Shown here in pieces: positions 1-11,789 of a stretch of DNA of 64,000 nt (the stretch's first letter is position 1; every line of letters starts with the position of its first letter). Made by a program: the position numbers and the translations under genes. Source of the DNA: Tubiluchus corallicola. Its lineage: Eukaryota > Animalia > Priapulida. The stretch is from assembly GCA_030141605.1 (NCBI GenBank), contig JAQGDQ010000188.1:355500-419499 (forward strand), written 5' to 3'. The notes below the pieces were generated by a model that worked only from the letters and a program-made list of their open reading frames with translations, was not told the origin of the DNA and did no database searches.

Positions 1-1152
1 AGCGAGTAAAATTGTAGTTCCAGAAAAACTGTTTTACTTTTTGTAGAGAATCGCCAAAAGAAATTAGAAAGTGGAAAAAGAAACAGGCCGAGTAGAAGAA
101 AATTTTGTAAAATTTACTGAATTACAAGATGTGTGACTGCAGCTTATGTTATATAAGCTGTAACTCTGCAATTGTCTTATGTGTTGGCAAATGCATACTT
201 GGAAATGCATCTAATATTTAATAGTATAACTTACCCACACCGCAAAGCGCTAGGTATCACAGTATGTTTGGCTAACACTTGTAGTCTGTGCATACAGAAG
301 TTCACATAGGCTGGGTGTTTAATGGCTCCTAGCTGTGATCTCAATACTAGAAGCCATTCACTATGTGAAAGATCTGTGGGCTTTCTGTCCACTCTGTCGC
401 TTCTATGGTCTTTAATAATAGCCTGCACTCAAAAGCCTGCCTCTATTTGATATTTTGAAAAACAGATATTTTGTGGTTCTTAAATTGCTGATTAAAATCT
501 TACTGCAGATTAAATTGACGCCTAACATAGTACTAAAACCAATCATTGATTCAATTTGAAGATTGTTGTTTAATCATGTATGACCCAATTATCAACACTA
601 GTAATCATTCTGTCATCACTCATGTCTTTTCCCATATGAGTAAACTCAGACAATATGTCTCAAGACAAACTCAGACAGAGACTTGAGGATTTTGTTATTG
701 AAGTGTTTATTGATGCAAAAATGTCTTCCATGATTGAAATAATTTAAAATTTTATGTTATATTTGAAAAAGTTTATATTTTAGTGGGTTAAAACATTTTG
801 TCTGTACTTCAATTACTTGTATTTGTTTGCCATTGAGCTTATCAGCTACTAAATTGATGACTTTATAAGTAACAACAAAAAGCAGTTGCTGTGCATATCT
901 AGGCGAACCCACAGGCAATAGCCAAGAATGTTTTTAAATGATGAGAACTTTTTTGTTCTAATATTCATTTATTGTTGCTTTCAGATATCCTTTGTGCACG
1001 TACATTTACTTTGAACTAGAGGAAGATGAAGAAAGACTTCTTGTAAGGAATTTTGACAAGCTGTAGCCATTGTTCATGTGTATGCATACACTTTCAACGC
1101 TGTACTAATGACATATGTTGGATTAACTTCTATCGGTTCTGTATCACATATA

Positions 1153-3159
1153 ATGCCTATAGCACCACCTTCAAACAGCAGAGGACTGGGGATGTCAAAA
1201 TACACAAGCTCTTCTTCTGGAAAGTCCTATAAATCGGGATACACTTCAAGTTATACAGGAAAACCACCACCGACTACAAGTCATTCATACACCAGCAGCA
1301 ATACCTACCGAACTGCCGCAAGTGGTATCTATAGCAGTGGTCGATTAAAAGGTTTAGCGTCTTCGGAAAGAAAAGCTTCGGATTCACGTGATATGGGCTA
1401 CCTTAAGCGAGAACCTATGTATTCAACAAGAACTCTAAGTAATAGCTTGCCTGACTATTCAAGAAAGCCACCAATACCAAGAGATTATAGTGTATCCACT
1501 GCTTTTTCAGGTAGTAGTCGTTTTCTGCACCAAAACAGCGACACAAGCAGACGACGGAATTCTGTAAGTTCAGTATATACACCATACAGTAGCCAGAAAT
1601 CGTCATCGAATATTAGCAACATAAGTAGTAACTTAGATAAACTCACACTTAATGAAGATGCTAGTGCAAGAAGGTTATCTGAAAATAGATCCTACAAATG
1701 GGAAAGTGGCTATAGGTCACTTACTCCCACTCGATTTCCGTCCACTTCCCATAGTAATAATGCTCACCTGCCATCTCTCACTGGACATTCTGCTATCAGT
1801 CCATCGAGAAGACATTCTCTATTGCACGAACGAGAAATTGATAGCGATTATGTTAGTGAACGTCTTCGATCTCGTGCTCTCAGTTCTGATCGTGATAGCG
1901 ATTATGACACTCACCCTGTTGGTTCATACTTTAGGGAAAAGAAAGATATAGCAAAGGCTTCTATAGGTAACAGCATCGACAATAAAAAGTTAAGCAGCAG
2001 TTCAACTAACACTGATGATATTTCAGTCAATGCAACTTCTAATCTAGATAGTCCTGCCCGCAAATCATCTAGCTCTTTGATCATTTCGGATGCTTTAAGC
2101 AATAAGGTTTCATCTTCTAGTCACACTGCGGCAGGACTAGTTGGTTTAAAAAATCTTGGTAATACATGCTACATGAATTCAATTTTGCAGTGTCTGAGTA
2201 ATACTAAGCCATTACTTGAGTATTGCATTAAGGAAAATTATGACATTAACAGTTCAAGTTCACAGAAAGGTGCTATCATCAGAGCATTTTCAAGTTTACT
2301 ACAGTCACTTTGGAAAGATGGGCCTAGCTCAATGGGTGCCAGTCCTAATAACTTTAAGTCGGTTTTTCAGAAGTTTGCACCAAGGTTTGCTGGTTACAGT
2401 CAACAGGATGCACAGGAATTTTTACGATATTTGTTACAGGGTTTGCATGACGATATTAATCGAGTAAAATATAGACCCAAAGCCTCTACTTGTGAAGATA
2501 ATGATTACATGAGTGATAGTCAAAAGGCTGCGACTGCATGGAAAAAGTATCTTACATATGATGATAGCAAAATTGTTGATCTCTTCGTCGGTCAGCTGAA
2601 AAGCACTTTGCGTTGCTGTGTTTGCGGATACTCCTCTGTCACATTTGATCCTTTCTGGGATCTCTCAGTTCCAATACCAAAAGGCTCAACTGAGGTAAAT
2701 TTGAAAGAATGTCTAAATTTGTTCACTAGAGAAGAAATACTTGATGGAGATGAGAGACCGATGTGTGCCAAATGTAAATCAAGACAAAGATGCACGAAGA
2801 CCTTTTCGGTCTATAAATTGCCAAAAATTCTAGTCATTCACTTGAAGCGCTTTGCAATGCAAAAGTACAGGGCTAAATTAACAACAGTGGTAAATTTTCC
2901 CACTGGCACATTTGACATGGGTTCTTTCTGTGCAGATGGTAAATTTCTACACAATGCAAGGTACTCATTATATGCTGTGTGTAACCATACAGGTTCTACC
3001 CATTCTGGCCATTATACTGCCTATTGCAAACAGCCTTATAATGACGAATGGCATGATTTTAACGATTCACGAGTGTCTCCAGTTGCAGTTCACAACCTTG
3101 TGTCATCAATGGCTTATGTGTTGTTTTATGAATTGCATGGATCCCAGTATGGTGATTAA
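1153..3159 (+). CDS. USP2: Ubiquitin carboxyl-terminal hydrolase, USP2/USP21-like (peptidase C19); CDS in a single exon
   Basis: Cys box GLKNLGNTCYMNSILQCL, QQDAQEFLRYLL, FDPFWDLSVPIP, Zn-finger CCVC..CAKC and His box NHTGSTHSGHYTAY...FNDSRV follow a long Ser-rich N-terminus. The ORF track starts at GTG 1078; the likely start is ATG 1153 (MPIAPP) or ATG 1108. A splice acceptor ttgctttcAG at 983-984 implies a 5'UTR intron. Confidence 0.9.
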   Translation: MPIAPPSNSRGLGMSKYTSSSSGKSYKSGYTSSYTGKPPPTTSHSYTSSNTYRTAASGIYSSGRLKGLASSERKASDSRDMGYLKREPMYSTRTLSNSLPDYSRKPPIPRDYSVSTAFSGSSRFLHQNSDTSRRRNSVSSVYTPYSSQKSSSNISNISSNLDKLTLNEDASARRLSENRSYKWESGYRSLTPTRFPSTSHSNNAHLPSLTGHSAISPSRRHSLLHEREIDSDYVSERLRSRALSSDRDSDYDTHPVGSYFREKKDIAKASIGNSIDNKKLSSSSTNTDDISVNATSNLDSPARKSSSSLIISDALSNKVSSSSHTAAGLVGLKNLGNTCYMNSILQCLSNTKPLLEYCIKENYDINSSSSQKGAIIRAFSSLLQSLWKDGPSSMGASPNNFKSVFQKFAPRFAGYSQQDAQEFLRYLLQGLHDDINRVKYRPKASTCEDNDYMSDSQKAATAWKKYLTYDDSKIVDLFVGQLKSTLRCCVCGYSSVTFDPFWDLSVPIPKGSTEVNLKECLNLFTREEILDGDERPMCAKCKSRQRCTKTFSVYKLPKILVIHLKRFAMQKYRAKLTTVVNFPTGTFDMGSFCADGKFLHNARYSLYAVCNHTGSTHSGHYTAYCKQPYNDEWHDFNDSRVSPVAVHNLVSSMAYVLFYELHGSQYGD

Positions 3160-3190
3160 CAATGGAAAACATAGAAGCATAAGCCTGCTT

Positions 3191-3355
3191 AAATGCATAT
3201 TATGAACAGATATGCTAAAGCTACTTAGCAACATATGCACTGCATAAAATGCATGTTATGAATAAATATGTTAGAGCTACTTAGCAACATATGCATTGCA
3301 CAAATGCATATTATGAATAGATATGCAAAAGCTGCTTCTCAACATATGCACTGCA
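3191..3355 (+). repeat. Tandem repeat, about 55-56 bp x3, just after the USP2 stop
   Basis: Unit AAATGCATATTATGAAYARATATGYTARAGCTACTTAGCAACATATGCAYTGCA occurs three times with substitutions. Confidence 0.85.
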
Positions 3356-4419
3356 GGCGCTTCATAACAAGTTACTTTTTGTACTACTGTCAGATCATTT
3401 AGCTGTTGCATGTTCACAAAAATCACTTTTTGAAATCTACTGCCTTGTTTTTGTTTTTCTTGCAAGGTACTTAAATACTCAGTTTTAAGCACTATGCCAT
3501 TATTTTACTGTAGTAACTTTGTAAATAGCACGTTCACAGCATTGACATTTTACAGTGATTTCACATTTTTGTAGGTGGAATCTCATCTATCTGCTTTTCT
3601 GTGACATTATTTTAACTGTGACGTATAGTTAAATATTGCTATGGCTTTAACAATTACTCCATTTATTTATTAGTTTACTAATGTTTCATTTTATCATTAT
3701 ATTTTGTGTATGATTTGGTTATTTGTTAGTTTATTATTTGCAGTACCTGTACTATTATTTTGCCTTGTCTACAAAATACTTCAAAGGTTGCTTTACATAT
3801 TATTTATTTACTACGGTTCTTTAACTTATTAAGCTTACATATTTTATGCTAATAGTGAACGAGTAACACCAAGTGTCGTGAAACTTCATAGTGGTAGAAA
3901 CTTCACGTCATGCTAATTATAATAATATCTATTTCAAATAGTCATGTACATGTTGCTTTCTAGTCATAAGATTCCAAACAAACTAGGTGATATACTTTTA
4001 TATTCAAAACAGTGCAATACATTGTTATTTTAGGAGGTATTGTTATGCAAGACTTTCCACATCTTTGTAGTCAGCAATAAAATTACGTACAACAGTATCA
4101 AATCTTTTGTGTAGCAATGCAGTCTCATTTTGTGTTGTTGCCAACCCACCACCTTAAACGTGCATTATTATTTATTCCGCATGCTGCACAGGTCATTAAC
4201 AGGCTGTCTTACTGTTAGATTATTAGAATTATACTCAAATTATCACAGAATTGGCATTCGAGTGCAAGTAGTACAGTATCACTGTGCATTAGTTATATCT
4301 TGGTTATATTTCCATTTTCCCAACTTCTATCTCATTAGTTGCTTATTACATATAAGTGAAGCACTATAAGTTGCTGGGTGATGTGTTATAACATTATATT
4401 ATAGGATTGTTGAATATTT

Positions 4420-4425
4420 AATAAA
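4420..4425 (+). terminator. Candidate poly(A) signal for USP2
   Basis: AATAAA at 4420-4425 followed by T-rich sequence; another AATAAA lies at 4076-4081. Confidence 0.35.
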
Positions 4426-5540
4426 AATGTTATCTAACAAGTTCTTATGCTATTTTATGTTAAAAATCATAATCGCAGTCATTAACTGGGAGACTCGCTG
4501 GCAAGGCATCAAAAACAAGGAAAGACAATGTGTAAGCTCTTTTTACGTAATCCCACAACGAAATTTTTTGCTATAAATGATGTTTCAACAACACGCTCGT
4601 TCTTCTCTTCAGATCACTATAAAAACGTTTTTGTCAATAATAACTATGGGAATTGCTTGACTTTTGACATAAATGAATTAATAGTGTGTATTAATAGTGT
4701 GTGTAAGCTTGTTATTATTGTACAAGAATATACTAAACAACTGCCAGAATCTGCACAAAAATCGGACACAAGAAACTGAAATAACTAAGGCTTTTTGCCA
4801 ATATTTTCATCTTCATTTTATTTGACACTGTACAAAAAGTACACAGCAGTAACTTTAAAAGTAACACATAAAAATGTTTACCTACATAACTACATTATGG
4901 TCTGTACTTAGTATCTGGTTATTTATTTAAGGGTGAACTTCACTGCAAACATAAGCCTTATCTAGAAACTGAAATAATTCAATGATCAGTGGATTAAACC
5001 AACATCAAAAACAAAATGTTGAATTATGGGCATTTTCAACTGCTATAATGAATCTAACATCCACGTCGTAAAGAATTGCAAGAAATAAATGTAACTGACA
5101 GGATTAAATTTCCAATGTCATAAACTGCAAAGTATTACACATGTTTTGTGTTTTGCACCAATTCATGTGGCAATATTATAAAGAAAACAAATACAATTTT
5201 AATGAAGTTTCTCAAACTAATACCTGATTAGCATTAAAACAAAAAAATGTACTGCAAACAACAAAATTTAAAAACTACATGACTGAAACACAAAACCAGG
5301 CAGATGTATACACAATGAAACTTAGAATACTGTAAAAAATTTACATTTTTAGATATCAGTACAGATTAAACACAGGTTTACAGATCATAGTGAAAACGTC
5401 TACTTGACACAAATACATACTAGCTCTTACAAATCATAAAACCAGTGAAAATGATCAGCAGGAATCAAAGTTGGTTAATTTTCATAAACATAACCTAAAA
5501 TTCTAAAAACTAACGTATTTCACCAATTTCTTCTCAACAA

Positions 5541-8500
5541 TTAGAAGCCGTGCACCTTCAACTGATCTGGTTTGGCGATGCCAACCTTTGTGAGGAACTG
5601 ACATATATTATTTCTTTGATCACCCTGCAGTTGAATAACCTCACCATACTCTGGATGCTCGACTACTGTACCATTGCATGCAAACTCCTTCCATAAAAAA
5701 AACGATCTCATTATTACAACTATGTATGTAGTTGAGTTATTAAAAAACTAATTTAGAAAGTAGATACAAATGATAAATTTTTAAAAAAATTGCAGGCTGC
5801 AGTGAATTTTGCAATCAGTGAACTACACACTGTGACTCTACAAGAAAGTATGTCACTTCAAACAAATAACAGGAAGACAGAATTTACATTCCAAATTTGA
5901 TCGCCATTCAATGCAAAAACATTTTTTTAATTTAAAAACCAAATATTTGAAGCTGTAGCTGATCAAAATGATTTTTCACTAGAAACTCAACGAACTGTTT
6001 AGTTTGCTTGATCCAGCATTTCGATCAGGTATAGCAGTATATCAGAAAAACTGTGTACTGTCCCGTGTCGGCTCAATTATTTCCTGTAACATCTGGAAAA
6101 CTCAACTTACCGGGTTACAACGTACAACTTAAGAGGTTTATAAATGAACTATTTTCAAGTTTGTACTGTATTCTTTGCACGTTGCATTAGGTTTTTCCGT
6201 TAACTCGGCTCAACTGAGGAGCAATTACAGTAAACAACCCGTCTGGCTCAATTTAGTAGTAATACAACATATTCTTTGTGTGACTCAATCCAACAGCTTG
6301 ACAAATGCCTTATTCTTGATTCAACCCAGCTCAGCACTATTTGTAGTGACTCGTTTCGGCAAATTAGAGGCTAGTTGTATCACTACTAGGTGGTTTTTGT
6401 CATTGTTTTAACTTCTAATTTAACCAAACCACGATAACATATTTATTAAAAAAAATCACCAATAGTTTCACGTGGAAATTTACAAAGATACAGTCAAACA
6501 AGCACTGCATAGCATTTATTTAAAATCACACATATTAGGTACAGTAACAGGCAGAGACAAACACTCAAGCATATGCAACATATAAGGGGCTGAGAACTTT
6601 GCTGCTACCCAATCACCAGGTACCAGTAGGCCTAAAATTCTTAGCAAAACGTATTTCACATTTTACCTTTTTACATGACTTGACAATCTTCTTTTTGTCG
6701 TAGTCGTCGGAAATTCCTTGCACCGTAGTCAGTGTTTTTCTACCGTTTCGCTGCTGTATTCGAATGTGTATGAGTCCCGCTTGGGCTCCAACTTGATCAC
6801 CCTTTACTGCATCAGCAAAAGGGTCTGTAAAAAACATATCTTTACGTAAGCAAGGAACAATTACTACTTGCTCTGCACATTATTGATACATACTTGCAGG
6901 CAGGCAGAGTTATTAACATGCAACAGTGATATTTTAATTGATTACCTAATACCTAAGTCCTCACTTAATGACCCCCTGTTTAGCAACGTTTAGTTTTAAC
7001 GACATTAAACATTTGACACCTTTTTCACTTAACGAATGCATGTTTCATTTTAAAGACAATTTTTTACTTTGCTCGAAGCCAGTTTTTATTTTATCAACTA
7101 CTTTTTTACCTTGATGCATTAAAACAGTACGTGTTGCATTATTCTGTTGTAAAACTGTTGCATAGACTTTAATGTTAACGAAACAGAAATGGCTAGCTAG
7201 GTAAGTAAGACATATTGGTAGTTTCAAGCAAGCAGAACTAAATTAATCAGCAGAAACACAAGTAACACTGGTAAAACATTTAATTTATATGATTTAAACA
7301 GCACTGGTTTTTGCATCTGCAATTATTTTACGTTACTTTATACAGAAATCTTGCTTCATTTAACGATGTTTCACTTAACGTCGCATTTTGCTAGAACGGA
7401 TTAGCGTTTCGTCAAGTGAGGACTTACTGTACCTAAAATATCTACACTGACTGTAAAGTATCCATGTTAGCCGAATACAAAAATTTTAACTGATGCGAGC
7501 GATGCAATGCAATTTTTTTAGCAATGTGAGAGGTGTTAAGTAGGCGCAGTTTACTGCGACAAAATCATGTGCATGCTGGCCATAATTTACAAGCATCACC
7601 GTGGAGATAGGTAAGTGTAAGATATTTTAGTTTTGTGACAGCTGATTGTCTAAACATCTAAACACTAATTTACAAGGAGTCAATTTTTTTATCGTGTATG
7701 CTTCAACGACAGCAAAATGTCTAGTGGTGCAGCCCATGATCACGAAGTGCTGCTGTTCTTTTTATATTCAAATAAAGAAACTAAAAATTAGAGAGGTTTA
7801 TAAGCTGTCAGTTTAACATTTATCCTTCGACGGTAAAGCAGTTAGTATTTCATATACTAGCACTAGCAGTTTATGACAGTATAGGCCTGTTGAAACTAAA
7901 CTATATTTACGTACTTCAAAACTGACATATTAATTAGTATAACAGCTCCAGTAGTATTAAAATTGTTAAAGAAGTTACATCCTGCTATATTATCGGGTCC
8001 TGATAACTTTAGTCCCCCCCGAGTGTTGCAGGAACTGAGGAATGAGTTGGCTGATCCACTTACTCACATTTTTCACAAGTTATTATCATTCAGAGTAGTC
8101 CCTACAGATTGGAAGCATACAAATGTCACCCCTATCTTTAACAAAGGTCAATAATATCTTTGTTCAAACTACCGTCCTATTAGCCTAACTAGAGTTGTAC
8201 CTAAAATTATGGTACATAATATTTGCAGCTCTCTCATGCATCATGCTGATAGGCATAATATACTTTATCAATTACATGGTTTTTGCCCCCATCGGTCATA
8301 TGAAACACAACTGATCAAACTGGTCAACGATATAGCAACAAACATGCAGCTAGGATTACAGACAGACCTTTGTGTGCTTGACTTCTCCAAAGGATTTTCA
8401 TAAGGTAAGCCAAAGGTGTTTAACGGAGAAACTTTACTCGTATGGTGTTGTTGGTATGGTGAACACCTGGATAGGGAACTTCCTGAGTGATCAAACTCAG

Positions 8501-9645
8501 TCTATGTGGTGCCTCTTCGACTAGAGCCTCTGTTAAATCTGGAGTTCCTCAAAAACCCATACTTGGGCCATGCCTATTCCTATTTCACATAAACGACATC
8601 GGCAGAGGTTTGTGGTCTAAAGTGTACCTGTTTTCTGAACTGTCTTACTTAGCAGTAAAGAATGAAAAAGATACTAGAATGCCAAAAGAGGGTCTGGATA
8701 ATCTTGTAGCATAGTCAAGCAAAAGGAACATGGAATTTCGTCCTGACAAGTGCATGGTCATCAGTACAACAAGGAAAAGGAACCAGTGAGACACCAATAT
8801 ATGCATCAGGGACATCTGCTAAAGCATGTAGACTCGGTCAAGTACCTTGATGTCGATATCTCTCGTGATCTCAGGTGGACAAACCACACAGATCAGATTA
8901 CATGTAAATCTAACTCTACACTAGGCTTTATACTTTATGTTGAATTCAACAATATACTGATTAAAAAACGAGCATACATGAGCCTCGTATGCCTGACACT
9001 TGAGTACAGCCAGACTGTTTGAGATTCACACACCGTCGGTTTAGTAACAAAGCTGGAATCAGTTCAGAGAAGAGCTGCAAGATTTTCCTTGCTACAGGAG
9101 AACATCAAGTGTGACTGCCATGATGACAGAGCTGAACAGGTGCTCACCAGCCAAGTGGCACAATATGGCTAGGCTCAACCACCTGATTGCTGTCGACATG
9201 TCTCTCCAGCCAAAATGTCACACTATTCCTTCACGTACGAAGAACTCATTTGCATACAACATACTACATTCTTCTACAATTATCACTTTCACTCTTTTTC
9301 CACATACACCGGAAGGCAATCGAACAACTACATCTCAATCCGTTCAGGAGTGCCACACACTCGATCTAAACTGGATTAAAGTACTCCAACGCATGTAGAT
9401 TGCGGTGTAGGGTAGGTGAAAGCCCCTGCCTTGAGGAGCTTGGGGATCATTTTTACCTTTTTTTTAATGCACCACTGTGAACTATTTTTTATTTGCAATG
9501 AATGAACTTTCCACACTAACACGACATTTACAAGCTGAAAGCACAACCATGTGTTAGACAATTAGACTAGAGCCTTCAATTTGAAGAAGTTAACGCATTA
9601 TCATGAAGAAAACTTACCAAAAGCTTCTAAATTCTGGATGGACAT
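5541..9645 (-). CDS. EIF1: Eukaryotic translation initiation factor 1 (SUI1), 110 aa, 3 exons
   Basis: Exons 9645-9618 (MSIQNLEAF), 6824-6667 (DPFADA...IHIRIQQRNGRKTLTTVQG...KSCKK) and 5687-5541 (EFACNGTVVEHPEYGEVIQLQGDQR...QLKVHGF*). GT-AG junctions are in phase. Confidence 0.97.
6951..7431. mobile_element. Tc1/pogo(Tigger)-like MITE in eIF1 intron 1
   Basis: TIR core TAAGTCCTCACTT (6954-6966) / AAGTGAGGACTTA (7414-7426); the right end is CTGTA; TTAACG subterminal motifs. Confidence 0.7.
7960..9400 (+). mobile_element. Decayed CR1-group non-LTR retrotransposon (RT and C-terminal part), antisense within eIF1 intron 1
   Basis: Frameshifted ORF pieces: SGPDN..PRVLQEL..ELADPL, VPTDWKHTNVTPIF, YRPISLT, LDFSK, SGVPQ..ILGPCLFLFHIND, VKYL..DLRW, LESVQRRAAR. 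Several stops and frameshifts. Confidence 0.85.
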
Positions 9646-10049
9646 GCAAACAATGATAGTAAGCCGTTAATACGATGAGTGTTAACACACTTGTAAGAAA
9701 TTTTCTAGCAAATGTAGTGATTTTTTAATTCGACGCACACAACGCACAAAACACAAAACAGGAAAAATGGCTACCCCAACAAGCAGTATTGCGTCACAAA
9801 TTTGGTTTGCGTCGGTTTCAGTTTATTACCTATCGAATGAATCACGGAATGGGATTAGTGTTGACAAGACATGGGCACCTCATAGCAGTATAGTCTAGTT
9901 TTTTTGCTAGATTACTGCTGTATCTTTTTTATATATTGTGTATTGTGTATTTTTTATTTTAGAATTGTGTCTGCCCAATGTTTACAACAGATGTAATGGG
10001 TCTATTATTGAGATCTGCATATAGCAGAATCTTACTGGAAATCAACCAT

Positions 10050-10900
10050 TTATTTTTTGTTCCTCCACTACGACAGTGAATAACTCCAAAACGGTTGCAC
10101 CAAGGGTCACCAAACTTGAGGTTGGGGGACAGATAGCGGTATGTTATCGGTGACTCCGGGTCAAAAGGTTAAAGACACTGGACATCGGCCAGTTTGTCAT
10201 TTGTCGCTCAGCTCCTCCTGCTGCTTAGTATTTAAGTCCTCCGGGGTAGATATGCATTTTGGAAATTGCATCCTAGGAAAGTTCCGAGTTAGGAGCCAAA
10301 ATGTGAAAATTAGGGCTAACGGCTTTGTCGCTGAACTTTTCTTACTATATTGGACTAGCAGTCAATGGTTATGCATGTATGCATGTGTGGGTAGGCGGTT
10401 TGGTGTAGATGTGTCTTAAGTACTTTTCGAAAAGTGGACGTGACGTGATATTGGCGAAAGTGCTAAAATGAGATCTGGTCAATGACTCCAAAAGTATAAG
10501 ATCCAGAACCACAAAACTTGCAGGGTGGGCATCTCACATAGGCGGTGAGTGACCTCGGGATCAAATGTCGCAACAGCAGGACCCAAAATATTGAAATTAG
10601 GGCAAATGACATTTTCACTCAACACCATTTATAGCATCGGACTACAAGGATATGTTATTGCACATTTGAGTAGGTGGCCAAGTGTAGATGTGTAATAAAT
10701 TTTTTTCGAGAAATCAGCTTGGCCAAGTCACGTGACATAAGCGAAAGCGTTAAAAAGGGTTGCAATAAAATGCATTTCCTAGGTAATCAGGCACGCAGAT
10801 TTCAGTAATGGCAAAATGATGATCTTGAAACAAGTACCAAGTCAGCAAAGATTTTTCACAGTCAACACTTGCATTTTTGGTCATAATGCAGAATCTTAAG
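10050..10900. repeat. Modular non-autonomous repeat with diverged internal direct repeats (class uncertain)
   Basis: 10295-10470 resembles 10582-10757 (aaattagggc...gtaggyggy...gtgtagatgtgt...ttttcga...cgtgac...gcgaaag). 10080-10170 resembles 10483-10570 (actccaaaa...aaacttg). Confidence 0.55.
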
Positions 10901-10917
10901 TTTATGACTTCGTCATT

Positions 10918-10971
10918 ACTATTATTATTGTTGTTGTTGTTGTTGTTGTTGTTATTATTATTTTTATTATT

Positions 10972-11068
<97 letters not shown>
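10918..11068. repeat. Compound (TTG)n/(TTA)n microsatellite
   Basis: Directly visible; it produces the poly-Leu ORF artefact. Confidence 0.95.
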
Positions 11069-11070
<2 letters not shown>

Positions 11071-11514
11071 AAGTTTATTGCCTTCGCTGATTCTCCATAC
11101 TACGCACTATGGTCCAATTATAAAAGATTGAAATTCGTGACAATCTCACAATCTACAACCATAGATAATATACTATGTATATGTGTAGTGTACTATGTAT
11201 GAATGAATGAAGAATTGCATCATCTAAAGCCACAGCACACTGAATAATAAAATGCATTTAAAATTCGTAGGATACATTAAAATTTAAAATACATTTTGAA
11301 AATAAGAATTGATTCATTATAAAAGTACAAGCTATGTCGATATCAAATCAGCTTGCAATGCATGGGAGCGTCAGCAACAGGCAAGCTCTTCCAGAAACGT
11401 GCACCACAGATAGAAAAAGTTTTTTCTCCATAGAGTACTGTACGCCCTATAATAAATGAATTTGTTCATTAGCACATCTGTATCTGCATCTAAAATAATA
11501 ATAAAAATCATGAT

Positions 11515-11618
11515 AACGATTATCATCATCATCATCATCATTATCACGATCATGGTTATGATGATGATAATGATAACAATAACAACAGCAACAACGACGA
11601 TGACGATGATGATGATGA

Positions 11619-11712
<94 letters not shown>

Positions 11713-11730
11713 GAATAGTAATAATAATGT
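11515..11730. repeat. Compound (ATC)/(ATG)/(AAC)/(AAT)n microsatellite
   Basis: Directly visible; long pure (AAT)n at about 11623-11710. Confidence 0.95.
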
Positions 11731-11789
11731 TATTAACATTAACAGGGAAACAGCAAATTCTGATAGCTAAAATGCAATTTATTTTAAAT

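Noticed and set aside
1078-1107. GTG start given by the ORF track for USP2
   Set aside because: A bacterial-style start call; in-frame ATGs exist at 1108 and 1153.
3200-3350. SECIS-like ATGA...AAA hairpin in the USP2 3'UTR
   Set aside because: There is no 3' GA quartet partner, and the CDS has no in-frame TGA and ends in TAA.
3191-3355. CRISPR-like array
   Set aside because: Contiguous tandem units without unique spacers, eukaryotic context, no cas genes.
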